Positions 38,846-53,494 of a stretch of DNA of 64,000 bases are shown one piece after another. Each line of letters starts with the position of its first letter. The first letter of the stretch is position 1. The notes beneath the pieces are model-generated. The model had not been told where the DNA came from. It saw only the letters and a list, made by a program, of their open reading frames with translations, and did not search any database. Made by a program: the position numbers and the translations under genes. The stretch is from the NCBI GenBank assembly GCA_964016885.1, contig OZ024751.1, positions 52,018,001 through 52,082,000 on the forward strand, given 5' to 3'. The stretch is from Eledone cirrhosa. Lineage: Eukaryota.

Positions 38846-39870
38846 GAGAAACATGTATAAAACGATATTAGTGTTATTCTTGTTGGTTGCTTCAGGTTTT
38901 GTTTTAATCTGGGTAAATATATTCACATAAGAACTGAAATTAAAGCCCATAAGGAACGGTATATGAATAAATAAACAACTAAAGATAATTCAATTACGTT
39001 GATTGAAATACCAATACAGCATTTCACCAAAATATCTGGTTTTCTTTACATATCTATTGATATACAAGGAGAGAAGGAGAAGGTTCATGATAAAAAGGAA
39101 GTGGTGATGTTCATGGGTTATTTTTTCTTTCTCTCTAAGAGCGTTAGTAAGATTACAAGGGGGTGGATGAAGAGGTCTCCCCACACATATACGCACAAAC
39201 AAACACAACTAGGAAATTGAAAGTGAATTGTGGAGACACAGGGATCTCCGTCAACTTAACCTCTTCTTCCACACAACAGCCAGCAAGCAACTAGACAAAA
39301 ATGATGATTATGTAATAATTATAATAATGATATAACTATATGAATGACGATGATGATGATTTCTTACACAGGTACAGAGAGCCGGAGTTTTATAGTAGAG
39401 GGAGGAAGGGTAGATGTTAGGAGATTTCATAATGCTCATGCCTTTCTCAAGAGCATTATAGTGATGCAGAGTAAAGCAGAATTAATGGAAATAGCCACAA
39501 GTCTGGATGGGGGGTGGCTGTGGCGGAGAAGCCGTTGATTATGATGATATACTTTAGAAATCAACAGGCATTGATCACTAACACAGTTCATGGTGATTGA
39601 ACAGTTGGAGACAGGGAGAGAAGGAAAATTTTTTGGAAGAAGCAAGCCTTTCCTTTGCTTTCTTTAAACAGAAAACGAAAGTAAAACCAAAGCAACGTAA
39701 TACAGATTTCGTGATAATGATGAAAATATTAATGATTATTAAAGAATTTTCTTTTTTAAATGGTAGAATTAGTAATGTTAATATTTGAGGGCAAATCAGA
39801 GGGACTGATTACAGACACGCACTTGCACACAAACGCACACACTATACATATATATATACGTGCATATGTA

Positions 39871-39916
<46 letters not shown>

Positions 39917-40223
39917 CTCATACAGTCACTGTAGTTTAATGAAGTATTTCATCACTTTAAAACGCACACTATGCATTTGAATTAAGCAGCATTTATTATA
40001 ACACTACCCCGCGTCACTCCAAACAGAATGCAATACAACAATATTTGTGTTTAAACACATGATTTTAAAATAATAATTTCATTTAGATCTGTATGGGTGT
40101 TTTTTCTTCCCTTGGAAATATATACAAGAAAATGGTGTGTGCATGTATATACATGTTTAAATAAAAACATGTACACAGATGTATATGTAAAAAGAATACT
40201 GTAGGTTCTAGCCCTTCTAAGAG

Positions 40224-40296
<73 letters not shown>

Positions 40297-40469
40297 ATAT
40301 AGAGAGAGAGATGACTTGGAATTTTGTAAGCTAATGTACTGAGCAATGTTGATGTTTTTTTAAATTTTGTTTCTTTTTTTTGTTTTTTTATCATTTTACT
40401 TCCTTTTTTAAAGTGAAAAGTATAAGAAACAATAAATAATTTACCTATTCGCTGAAGCATACAGCTAAA

Positions 40470-40660
40470 TGAAGCTGGGCGGACAATCAGCAGCGATCGT
40501 AAGAGTAAAAAGTCTTGCACAATGCTTCGCCAATAAACATTCAATTTGACGTAAACAACTCGCGCTCGTGTTGCGGCCGATTTCAAAACATCCGCATGCG
40601 CACTCACTCAGTAAGAAATGGCGTAAAGGACGTTAAGGACCACACAAAGCCGAGAGGGGA
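40470..40660. promoter_or_regulatory. Putative promoter (CpG-dense patch)
   Basis: GC box GGGCGG, CCAAT, TGACGT, TCGCG, NRF1-like GCATGCGCA and YY1-like AAATGGCG, all within 190 bp. Confidence 0.45.
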
Positions 40661-40926
40661 GAGGGGGAGAGAAGCAAATGCTTGGAAGTTGTCGCAATCT
40701 GTCTGTATATTTATATATATATCTATTTACCCCCCCCCCCGCTCTCTCTCCACACACGCACACACATATATATTCTTCTCTCTCTCTCTCTGCATACATA
40801 TATATATATATATATATGTAGAGGTTATATTTAATTTGTTGGGATACAACAAGCAAAATATTTTTATAACTAATATAAAGCACTCAACAAATAACAAATG
40901 GAAACTATATTTATAAAACCATATTT

Positions 40927-40990
40927 ATTTCATTATACATATTTCAAGGGCCACCAAAGCAAACTATGGTGCGCTTTCATCAGATAAAAT
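40927..40990 (-). ncRNA. Type I hammerhead ribozyme fold (left arm, opposite strand)
   Basis: Exact reverse complement of 41151-41214. Confidence 0.75.
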
Positions 40991-41150
40991 ATAATATAGG
41001 TTAGTTTTATAAATAAATATTGACATACCCTTAAAAAATGCAACCATTCTGGTTGGAATCTCCTGGATATCTATCCAGGAGATTCTAACCAGAATGGTTG
41101 CATTTTTTAAGGGTATGTCAATATTTATTTATAAAACTAACCTATATTAT

Positions 41151-41214
41151 ATTTTATCTGATGAAAGCGCACCATAGTTTGCTTTGGTGGCCCTTGAAAT
41201 ATGTATAATGAAAT
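41151..41214 (+). ncRNA. Type I hammerhead ribozyme fold (right arm of long palindrome)
   Basis: ATTTTAT CTGATGA [aag..cacca/tggtg..ctt] GAAA T atgt A TA ATGAAAT: stem I 7 bp including one GU pair, stem II, 2-bp stem III, AUA site. Confidence 0.75.
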
Positions 41215-41455
41215 AAATATGGTTATATAAATATAGTTTCCATTTGTTAATATATTGTACATATATATATATATTCCCTACTCTCTCTCTCACATCTTGT
41301 GGCTCCTTTTCTTTTTCTTTCTATTTCCCCCAGCTCCCTGCTCTCCTTTACCTTATTTTATTTTTTATATTTACTAGATTTCTCTAATTCTTCATCTCTT
41401 CTACTCTTTTCTTTACATTTCATTCCTTTTTTCCCTTTCATGACCCCCCCCCTCA

Positions 41456-41523
<68 letters not shown>

Positions 41524-41749
41524 CATCTATCAATCTATCTATCTTTCTCCCTGCCTCACTTTTCCCCTCCTCTCTATCAATCTTACACTTCTCTCTTTGA
41601 TCTCGTTCTTTCAGTTTGAACACTGACTATCTACCTCCACCCTCTCTCTGATACAGTGATTATCTTCCTCTTTACCAATGTCTTTCACCTGTATGCTAGT
41701 GTGTCTATATATTCTCCCTGCTATCTTAATTTCAATTTCCCTCTCCCAC

Positions 41750-42113
41750 GCTGCCAATAAAGACACACACACCAGTTGAGTTTCACTTCAATTTATTATT
41801 ATAATTTCCAAGTCGGTTAGTTTAATAACCAAATGGTTGTTTAGTTGCTGATTGTCAAAGTTCTTCCGTTTAACAAAAGTAGTTACTGAGGAAGTCACAG
41901 AATGTGTGATGAAAGAGCTTTGACAATCAAAAACTAATCAACCATCCAGTTATTAAACTAACTGACTGGGAAATTAGAATAATAAATTGAAGTGAAACTC
42001 AACTGGTGTGTGTGTGTTTTTATTGGCGGCATGACGCTCCCAAAGTATAACAGTATCTGTCTCAACACACGTTTTCACATAAAAAATCTTGCAAAACAAA
42101 TACAAAAACGATT
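41750..42113 (+). mobile_element. Fold-back hammerhead-bearing element
   Basis: Imperfect inverted repeat 41750-41868 vs ~41909-42030; ends at (TA)n. Confidence 0.7.
41882..41924 (+). ncRNA. Minimal type I hammerhead ribozyme fold
   Basis: GTTA CTGAGGA a GTCAC agaatgt GTGAT GAAA GAGC TT TGAC; stems I and II are kept, with GC/GU exchanges relative to the copy at 7551. Confidence 0.7.
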
Positions 42114-42150
42114 TATATATTTATATATATATATACATATATATATATAT

Positions 42151-42294
42151 GAAGGATTCGGGACCCTGATGGTTGAGCTCCTGCCATTTCAACAGCTAGA
42201 TCCGCTGCCACCGGCGTCCTGAATCCTTCTACTACCCTAAATATCGACTACTCTGGTGAGTAATGGTCTAACTATCTTTACTGCATCCATTCTG

Positions 42295-42297
<3 letters not shown>
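42151..42297 (+). mobile_element. Fold-back element, same subfamily as 26681-26870
   Basis: Shares gggaccctgatgg..gagctcctgccatttcaac; short inverted repeat 42151-42229; TA-flanked. Confidence 0.6.
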
Positions 42298-42373
<76 letters not shown>

Positions 42374-42915
42374 CATGTTGAGCTCTGCTGAGGATCGAAT
42401 TCCAACCGTGACCATCCCCACTGACAGTTTTCGTGAAATAGTCTTTTCAAGACTATACAGACCATTTTTAGTTGTTCCAAATTGAAGGATGAGTATTTTA
42501 GACTTTATTTTATCATGAGTTAAGGCTCTATTGATTTTTCCCTGGATTTCACTAAATTCTGTTGGATAAATCTATATCCTGATTCTTTTTGAATTGAGTT
42601 TGAATTATTTTTCCCACATCTTACGTTAACTATTTTCCCATTTTGACTCTATAGTCACTTATATATTATGGTATACTGTTGGCTTCTTACTACAACAATT
42701 TCTATACTTTTCATTTATATATATATATAAATGTATATATACATATAGTAGGTATAATAAATATAAACACCAAAATCTACAGAGGACTCGATATTTGCTC
42801 TTAATTTTGGATTGATATATATCGTATATATATATACACACCGTCCAGTATATATACATACAAACACATATATATATATGTGTGTGTAAGCATGCAAAAA
42901 GTAAACAGAAAATAC

Positions 42916-43025
<110 letters not shown>

Positions 43026-43092
43026 AGTAAGAGGTATATAAATATATGTTTTAAGAGCTTGTAACTCATTCTTTTTCTTATATATATATATA

Positions 43093-43962
<870 letters not shown>

Positions 43963-44127
43963 TATATAACTGCTCTGTAAAACAACCGATGTTATTACAT
44001 TGAGCTATTTATCTTACTGGTAATAAGATAGTAATTAATGACTATCTTTCACTATTTAAGGTTTGATTAAAAAATATATTACCATAAAAGGTTTTATTAC
44101 ATACATAACCATAAATAGTATCCTTAA

Positions 44128-44170
<43 letters not shown>

Positions 44171-44175
<5 letters not shown>

Positions 44176-44380
44176 GGAAATCAGTAAAATCGAATCTCTG
44201 GCGGTTTGCAAGTAAATTCGGCCTACTTATATGAAGTGATGAGTTAGCAAAGCACTCGATAAGATAGGTCTCAGAGTTATAACATACGTTTAAATAGCTT
44301 GACAAATCGAACATTGTGGTAGGCGAAACTAACACACAATATATACCAAAGGAACGATAGAACTAATCAGGTTGAGAAAA

Positions 44381-44383
<3 letters not shown>
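44171..44383. repeat. TA-embedded interspersed repeat (longer copy of 26913-27021)
   Basis: Direct sequence identity; TA tracts on both sides. Confidence 0.85.
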
Positions 44384-44443
<60 letters not shown>

Positions 44444-45175
44444 CATGTAAAATATAGTTTAACTAATGCCAAAACATCCATTGTAAAATACATATGTGTT
44501 CATGTATGAATGCACTCCTGCTTGTGTGTGCATGCACCCATATAGCTGCTTACTCACCTATGTAGTATATGTGCATACTTTATCCACTCATCTATCCACC
44601 TTCTCATATATTTACTCTCTAAATGTTATTTTACTTTACCCCCATTCCTTTCCTTAAATTATTAGTTGATTTATTTATACATGCATATCTACATAAAACC
44701 TTTTAAAACTCCTTATTATACCTGTGTGTGCTTCTATGCAGGTTGTATGCATACATATAATTCACACACTTTACCGCAGGTTACCCTCCCATATTATTCA
44801 CTTATCTATTTTTAAACCCTTAAATTTTACTATTTTTTATTTTAGCCTGTTCAACCATCTACTTACTAATTTATTTAACTACTTGCTCATTTACTTCTAT
44901 ATAACCCATCTTAAATTTTCTTTAAAATGCTCCTTTAACTTCCAAGCCCTGTCTGTACATAGTCTTATCCCTCATCTCCTCAACTCCCTATTCCTATGAC
45001 CATTATACTCCTCCGCCTCCTACTATTCTGCTCCTACCCACTAACCATCCTTACCCCCACCCAAGTCTAAATGCACTTACCATTTTCTGGCCTCCCACTT
45101 TCTCCATAACCCCAGTTTATCACAATGATATATTTGACCACAGCCCCACGAAGACCTAGCGACCTATTTTTACAA

Positions 45176-45231
45176 CCCTTGATAATGCTTGCTGAACACA
45201 CGAGCCGAAACCGCTTGGCATCACGGTTGGG
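45176..45231 (+). ncRNA. Hammerhead ribozyme fold with U3-A8 core variant
   Basis: CCC TTGATAA t GCTTG..CGAGC c GAAA CCG..CGG TT GGG; all three stems pair. Confidence 0.7.
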
Positions 45232-45301
45232 ACTTTACCTATCCCACTCTGCATCTCCCCATGCATTGAGTACTCCCATGAGTACTCTTTTTCTGTTAAT
45301 G

Positions 45302-45354
<53 letters not shown>

Positions 45355-45505
45355 AACAAACGTTTTCACATAAAAAAAATATATATGCATGTATATATGT
45401 TACCATCATATATGAATGCAACAGTTCTAGTACTGTAGAAGCCATTTCTATATTAAATATATTTACACACTACTAATACCTTTCTAACTGTTGTTACCAG
45501 GGATC

Positions 45506-45536
<31 letters not shown>

Positions 45537-45729
45537 TAGTAAAAAGGAAAAGAAAATGGTGGCAAATTTTTCCCAGTGAAAAATAGTTTAATTAGGAATA
45601 AGTATAAATTAGTAATAAGTATTAGTAAGTATTCAGTTTTAGTTTTAAGTTTTTACCGGTTGCGCATTTCTTATGCTTTTCAAAAATAATTTTGAGATAG
45701 AGTGCTCGTGATCATATATATATATGTAA

Positions 45730-45849
<120 letters not shown>

Positions 45850-48800
45850 CAACTAGAATAAAAGGGAACTCGTGATGGTCTGCATCGACAAATAAACAAA
45901 AGAATAATTAAGTTTGATTTATGTCTAACAGAGTTATTTCCCTTTGCATAGTTTGGAAATTTGTGATGGTGAGATCTTAGAGACGTCATCTGCATAAAAA
46001 GCAACAATCAAATTAGTATTAGTCTATTTAGTGCGGTGATAATTAGAAAACCAATCAGAAATAATTAATTATATAGTGAAGGAAAGACAATATTAGTTTA
46101 TGACTAATATTTATTAATTTATTTTTTATCGGACATAACGAATTTGGTGTTACCTTAGCGTGAGCTCTACTGCCGTATCTGTAGTCTATGCTGTAAAATA
46201 AACTGAATTATTTCATAATAATGACCTTTAATGTACTATTTTGCATTTTTTATGATTTTTATTTTGATGATTGTATGTCATTGTATGTCAATTGTATGTC
46301 ATTAATACTCCATCGGTATTCAACATAATCCCACTTGCATTTTTTTTCATTCTCTTCAACCACATGTTAAAGTATTAAATAGCCAAGTAGAAGACCCCAC
46401 ATTATAGTATAAACGACCAGGTAAACTGTAGGCCACATGGTAAAATCTATATGACATGGTAGATCATATGCTAAAGTGAAACGACCAAGTCGATCATAAG
46501 TGGAAATAGCCAGATAGACGGTCGACCACACGCTAAAGTATAAATGGCTAGGTAGACATAGTAAAGTGTAAATGCCCAAGTAGATCAGACGCTAAATTGG
46601 CACCACGATTTTATTATATTACATTTTCAAGCAAATATTTTGTGTTCCCGGCAGACAAAATAACGAATGGATTACTCACAAAGATGACATGGAGATTGTG
46701 TTAACAGAGCCAGTTCACCTTACAGGGCTTGTTTCTATTAAATAGTCATCTCTATCCCGATCAAACTGAGCAACGAGCGAGTTCAGGGGCTCAGGACGCT
46801 GGATGTTTCCGTCACTATATGTTTTTAAAAAGAAACCTGTTTAAAAGCAATCAGTACTTTGCCAGTTTGCACTCTTCAGCCTATTAAGCGAATTATCAAA
46901 GCCGTTAGGGTGACAGATCTTTTGTTAAATGCCTTGGTATTCATTCCAGTTCACTCCGCTTTGTGTTCAAATCCCACCAAGGTCAACTTTGCTTTTCATC
47001 GTTTTGAGGTCGATAAATAGAGTACCAATCCAGTACTGGGGTCGATTCTTCTCTCTATCTCTCACGAACTCTATCTGGAAGAAATCGGCTGCATTCCATA
47101 AGGGAAGAGTTTTGTTTGTACTTTTCGCCGATGTATATGGGCAATAGATAGAAACATCAGCAGGGAAAACGAAAAAGTTTCACGTTGATATTTGATTTCA
47201 ACCACGTAACAGAAAAAAATCCCTAACCATTCTCACTGTCGAAAATATAATGAACCATGGTCTATCTGTCGAATTTTTGTAACTATCGCCGCTTTCACTA
47301 TTATACAATATATAAAACAACAAATAGAGAGCAGGGGTAACAACTCATAAACATTCAAAGATTTATCTCCCATGTATTGAGATAAGAAGCTCTCTTTCTA
47401 ATATTGACACAAGGCCAGCAATTTGTGGGAAGGATGAAATGCAAAGTTGACCTCCGCAGAATTTTGAACTCAGAATGTAAAAAGTCGTGACTAAATACTG
47501 ATTTTGTATAGAAAATTTCTTGAGTCACACACATACTATCTCTCTCTCAAAAACGTATATGAAAACACCACACGATATCACACTTTATTTCCTCTTTATA
47601 AGTAATTCACAATGTAACCTAACCACTTTATGTCTAACATGCTCTGCCTGCATGAACATATCTTTTGAAAATATTCATCTTTTCTAACTAAATATATTTT
47701 TTATCTTTAAACCTACAGATAGGGACATGAATAATATTTTACTGTTTCTATGTACATAAAGCACCCCTGTAAAGACAACTCTCTCTCTCTATCTCTCTCT
47801 CTCATGCTCTCTCGGATCTCGAATAATCGTCCCCATCACCTGAATATTAAATTTTGCTAATCTATCTCCGACGAAATTTTATTTTAACTGGTAGCATTCC
47901 TGCGAAAATTTATTCTCATTAAAAAAACCCATTATACATGACAAAAAGAAAAGTGCATTACTAAAAATCCCATAAATAGCATGGGTTGGGGGGGGGGGGG
48001 GGGGTGTCTCAGTATGTAAACTAAACGATTAATTCTGGTTTAAAAAAAAAAAACATCAACGAAGACAATCCAGAAAAATTCAAGATCTCCCCCTCCTATT
48101 ATTTGGGACCCAAGAGTATTACATGTTCGATTGGAAGGAGCAGACGATCATCACGTGACCTATAAACAAAAACAATGCTATTTTCTTTGCTTGGCTGTAT
48201 GATAGAAAATCACGTTGTTTTGAAGTATTCCTATCTAAATTAGAATGCTCTATCGTAATTTTATTTAAAGACTTTTTGATTTTGCTATATTACAAACACC
48301 AATTTGATATAAACCAATAAATAGATACACACACATTATTTAGTCTAAATACCAAATATTGTCCCACAAATGCCACAGAAAACGCGAAATTTTGTGTAAA
48401 TTGTAAGGAATTAAATTTCCTCAGGTTTTTATTTTCTTAAGATGAAGCATTAGTATATGTTTTTCAATAAAAGACGGGATTGACAAAAATAATTAATATA
48501 TTTGACAATCGGAATCTCCGATGTTCAAAGCAAAGAAATATGGTGACGATTCGTGAAAACATATATACAAATAAATAAGTTTAAGGCAAGGACGTGTATG
48601 TATTCGTTTTAATAATTCAAGAAAAACAAGTTAATTTTAAAAAAATATTTTTTTGTTATTATTACTGGTCTCAAATTTAATTACGCCGCTTTCCCCCAAT
48701 TTTCCAAATCTGTCATCAGTTGCCCCCCACACAAACACCTAAGCCCATCGCTCTGTTTATCTCTCTCACTGTCTCCCCACTCAAAAAATCCGTCGTGTTT

Positions 48801-49217
48801 TCGTATTTTCACTTGAAACACATGTGAGCATGATATGTTATACAGTACACCGTCATCGCTTATGACTCATATCCCTAACTACAACAACAATACTTAGAAC
48901 GAACGGCGATGTCAACAACAACAGCAGCAGCAAGCAACTCTGCCATCACGCTGACTCAGAAAATGTTTTACAAAAGTACACAATTTCATGTGGTCCTGAC
49001 TAAAGAAACTGCAATAAATAATAATTGTTTCTACTTTAGGCACAAGGCCAGCAATTACTCAGTGCATTACTGGTACTTTATTTTATCGACCCCGTAAGGA
49101 TGAAAGGCAAAGTCAACCTCGGCGGGAATAACAAAGATTTCTTTTATTTTAATAACACACGAAATTAATTTTTTTGGCCAACACGTAAGCGCACACACAC
49201 ACATACACAATAATTGA

Positions 49218-49601
49218 ATTGGCAGTATCGGTAGAGGGTCGGACGCCATGCTTTGACGCATAGATATACGGCCCTTGCCATTCTGAGTTCAAATCCCGCC
49301 GAGGTTAACTTTGCCTTTCATCCTTACGGGGTCGATAAAATAAAGTACCAGTAATACACTGGAAAATTGCTGGCCTTGTGCCAAAAGTAGAAACAATTAT
49401 TATTATTATTTATATCGGTATCGGTAGAGAGTCGGACGCCATGCTTTCCAGCATAGTTACGTCCTCCCTTTACGGTCTGAGTTCAAATCCCGCCGAGGTT
49501 AACTTTGCCTTTCATCCTTACGGGGTCGATAAAATAAAGTACCAGTAATGTACTGGATAATTGATGGCCTTGTGCCAAAAGTAGAAACAATTATTATTAT
49601 T
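49218..49601 (+). mobile_element. Two tandem tRNA-derived SINEs with (TTA)n tails
   Basis: A-box-like TGGCAGTATCGG, B box GAGTTCAAATCC, body gcctttcatccttacggggtcgataaaataaagtaccagt, tail agaaacaattattatt; units 49218-49410 and ~49417-49601. Confidence 0.9.
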
Positions 49602-49735
49602 CTTCATACTCAAATCACTATCTTCCCCTCTCTCACACGATATGTGTGTGTGTGTGTGTTAGTCCCGGGTTCAATTGTGGGTAACCACAGTAAGTAAGGT
49701 ACTCAATATATTAATAGAATGTAAACATAAATGGC

Positions 49736-49780
49736 TTCTACGGGACTAGAACTGTTTCATTCAAAAGAAATCATCAGGAA
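49736..49780 (-). ncRNA. Hammerhead-like fold, same family as 31775
   Basis: Minus strand reads TTC CTGATGA t TTC tttt GAA t GAAA C..G TA GAA. Confidence 0.5.
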
Positions 49781-50799
49781 TTTCCTGTCTCAGTACAAAT
49801 ATTGAGAAGCTGGGCTTCACAGGACCAGAAAGAATATGACTAGTTACAAGTACCATCCATTAATAGAACTGCAAAAATATGTAAAACATTCCAAAGATTG
49901 TGCCTGTAATAATTGCAAACACACATATATATTCAAAATTGGGAGTTCACAGGACAAAGACAATAATGATCTCCTTTTCGCTGAGAAGGCATAATAAGAC
50001 CGAAACATGCTCGTTGGGTTCACCAGTTAACTTTATAAACCAGATCCACGCCAATCTGGGCTGTCTATAATGTCCAAATATTTCGATCAACTGATGTTAT
50101 TGGAATTATCTCCCTTCCTTGCGGTGGTGTTTTTTTTTTTGTTGCTTTTTTTTAATACATAAATTTATTCCCCCACGCCTTATCGCTTTTGTCTATTAAT
50201 TTTCCAGCTCATATAATCACATATGTGTGACAGCACCATGTTTATATTTAGTATTTTTCCATCTTCTAGCTATATTTATTATAAGTAAACATTTAAATGT
50301 CCAAGAAACAATTTATTTTTCATAACAGTATTAATGACAATTTAACTTCTGAAAAAAACAAAACAACAGCGCTAAACAATGAAATAAATAAACTTTTAAT
50401 TCAACGAAAAGTGTTTGTTTAAATGTGTTTATCAAAGGCTTGAGTATCATCCAATCCATTGCATGGTTAAAAGTTTAAAGTATTATCCTATTTAAAACAT
50501 AGCCTCTCTTTTTTCATGGTGCCTCTAAACTTCTCTAATTTTACCATTTCTATCAATAATTTATAGATATAGATAAAGATAGAAAGAGTATGAGAGAGAG
50601 ACAGACAGAGAACGAGAGTCAGAGAGAGAGAGAGAGATATTTTTTTCAACTTCCATCGCAGATAGACAAACCAGTATTTTTCTCGGACTGTAAATGTTCC
50701 CTCTTTTCTTTGTTCTTAAACATCCGTCATTTGATTTAACCCTTAAAAAAGCTGTGATTATAAACTAGTAAACAACAATCTGTGTTTACACAGAATTCT

Positions 50800-50880
50800 A
50801 CTACTTTTTACCAACGACAACCCGGTGTTTACGGCAGGAAGTTGGAGGTGAAAGGTCACGACGCAACTTCAAAATGGCGA
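50800..50880 (+). promoter_or_regulatory. Putative housekeeping-type promoter / TSS region
   Basis: ETS-like CAGGAAGT, GGTCACG, YY1-like AAAATGGCG, local CpG enrichment. Confidence 0.45.
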
Positions 50881-50921
50881 AAGGAAGAATTGGATTTATG
50901 CAATTCTTTTCCAAAGATAAG
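50874..50921 (+). CDS. Candidate first coding exon (MAKGRIGFMQFFSKDK) of an unidentified gene
   Basis: aaaATGGCG (Kozak/YY1-like) in a CpG-rich patch, followed by an AAG|GTTAGT donor and a T-rich intron start. Confidence 0.45.
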
Positions 50922-53000
50922 GTTAGTGTTTCAGGTTTATTTCTCGACTTTCGATGTTTTTTTCTCATTATTTTATTGTTGTTTCTTTGTTATTATATAT
51001 TTCCTCCATTTTATTTTCAGTTTCTATTTTACATTTAATAAACCTGAACTTACGATCACACACACATATATATATATATATATAAAGCAAGCACTCATGT
51101 GGATACTCGCATATGTGTATATTACACAATATTTATGTAATTTTTTTTATCTGATTGTGTGTATATATATATATAAACATTATATAAATTATATATAGTT
51201 TTAGGATGGAGCATGAAAAGTGTATATATAAATATATATAATAATAGGTATATAATATGTATATATATATATATATATATATATGTATCATATATATGTA
51301 TATATTTGTCAGCCAAAATTTATGTATATAAATATCATATTTGTAAAATTATATTTGTAAATACATGTGTTAAACACACACACACATTATTTAAGATAGA
51401 GGATGTATGGCTGTATGCGTCGTGTGTGTGTATGTGTGTATGCATATCTATTAATATTTGTAATTGTAGAAATTTTCAACAGCGAGGAAAGGATTCTTGG
51501 TTAGAGAAAACCTTCGTTCCATCCATCTCTATAATTTTTCATATATAATTAGCCATCAACTTAATATCTTCTATTTCCAAATTATAATGAAACTAAACAC
51601 GGCATTTATTTTTAAGATCAAACCGTCACCCGTATCAGACAATATGGATCTGTAGATGCGGTATCTATGTCTGTCTGTGGTTATTGTTGTTTAGCCCCAG
51701 GTATTCTCTGATCGAGAACTATGGTCAAAAGTATTCCGGCCATGATTATTTCGCCAGAAATAAATACATCTAATATTAAATTTGTGTAATGTGACCTCCT
51801 TGTATATTTTATTTTATTTTTACGGTGGGTGTGATTTAAGGGTAATTTGACCGCTATTTCTAGCACATCGAGTGACTGTTTAGAGGCCCTCCATCCTTTT
51901 GATTCGTATTTGTTTGATGGCGTGTGTGTTAGGTTAGGTGTCTCGTGGCTGCTATTAAAATCTGACATGGTTTTATTTCAACAAACACCACGACAATTGA
52001 AAATCTTTCATCACCACCACACTCCTTCACAGGCTGACTAGTATTCATGACATAGTTTCTCTTTCAATACCACATATACACTATAATGTATATGTGATTT
52101 ATTCTTACTAAATCCGTGTCTACGCTACACTTGGTGTATTAGAAGTTGTGATGTTTATCACCTTTCTTGATAAATGCTTATAACTTTGCGCGGAGTTTGA
52201 TTGAAGCTTCGGGAATCGAAACTCCCTGATAATCTATATGAATAATAATTGTTTCTAATTTAGGCACACGGCCAATAATTGTTTTTATCGGAGAGTCGAT
52301 TAAATCGCCCCCTGTTCTTAATTTGTAATTTTATTTGATCGAACTCGGAAGGACGAATAGTATTAATAATTGTTTCTACTTTTGGCACAAGTCCAGCAAA
52401 AATCCAGTGCATTACTGGTACTTTATTTTATCGACCCCGTAAGGATGAAAGGCAAAGTTAACCTCAGCGGGATTTGAACTGTTTCTACTTTTGGCACAAG
52501 GCCAGCAATTTGAAGGGATTAAATTGAGCTCAGTTCTTGGTTGTTTATTTTATCGACCCCGTAAGGATGATTAATAATAATGATAATTATGCATTTAGCA
52601 TGTGCGTGTAGATGGATGAAAGAAGTTAGCGTCTATGCGCATTGACTCCGCCTATTCGGTTTCAAATTCCGATTGCAGCTGTCTCATTTCACTCGCATAA
52701 CATAACAATGAATGTCATGGTTTCCTTATAAACATTAATCGCTGTGTCACGCCACACATGAAACTATCAGTTGGATTGGAACCTATCCATAGATAGATGG
52801 TCTTCTCTGATGATTATCCCATCTAAATAAACTCCTTAAAGGACTGAAATGAGTTGTAATTAAACGAAGTACTATATAAAGAACATTATCGCCGAGGTTA
52901 ACTTTGCCTTTTATCCTTACGGGGTCAATAAAATAAAGTACCAGTAATACACTGGAATAATTGCTGGCCTTGTGCCAGAAGTAGAAACAATTATATATAT

Positions 53001-53194
53001 ATAGGAAAATGTTTAACCCCGACGGCACAGTTTAAGCTGTTTCGACGGCTATTTCTAGACCAGAAATAGCCGTCGAAACAGCTTGAACTGTGCCGTCGGG
53101 GTTAAACATTTTCCTATTACCCACTCTACTACCCTAAGTATTGAGTACTCTGGTGTGTTATGGTCCATCTGGTTCCTTACCATATTTCCTCCGT
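53001..53194 (+). mobile_element. Fold-back element with the 3' half of a hammerhead
   Basis: ~56-bp near-perfect inverted arms 53001-53117, followed by a tail shared with 24739-24817. Confidence 0.7.
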
Positions 53195-53494
53195 TATATA
53201 TATATAGTTAATAAATGAAGCAAACAAAACACAGGAGGCAATTTTACACACACGCTCCTTCATCCTTTATGGTACAATTAATTTTCCGGAATCTTTTAAT
53301 ATTCACAACATATAAAGTATTTGTTTTGAGAACGATGTTATTTGTCCGAAACATTACAATTGTATTAATAATTCATCATGTACATATATTAGAAATCATT
53401 ATATAGACAAATATATTTATTTTTTTTTTCAATAGAAAGTATTATTAGTACCGACACACACACACTCTCTCTCTGTATATATATATATATATAT

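Larger units (their letters stand above)
40818..41249 (-). mobile_element. Fold-back Penelope-like terminal fragment with 178-bp inverted arms
   Basis: Arms 40892-41069 and 41072-41249, 2-nt spacer, ~2 mismatches; contains a hammerhead; flanked by TA tracts. Confidence 0.75.

Noticed and set aside
42386-42410. CTGAGGA motif
   Set aside because: No GAAA or helices follow.
44296-44335. TTGACAA...GAAAC hammerhead-like motif
   Set aside because: Stems I and III do not pair, and it is on the opposite strand to the element's 3' motif.
49218-49300. tRNA gene
   Set aside because: The A and B boxes are followed by a SINE body and tail; there is no cloverleaf.
49975-50020. CTGAGAAGG..CCGAAAC hammerhead-like motif
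   Set aside because: The core is mismatched (C3/A8), stem II is weak and there is no stem I; at best a decayed copy.
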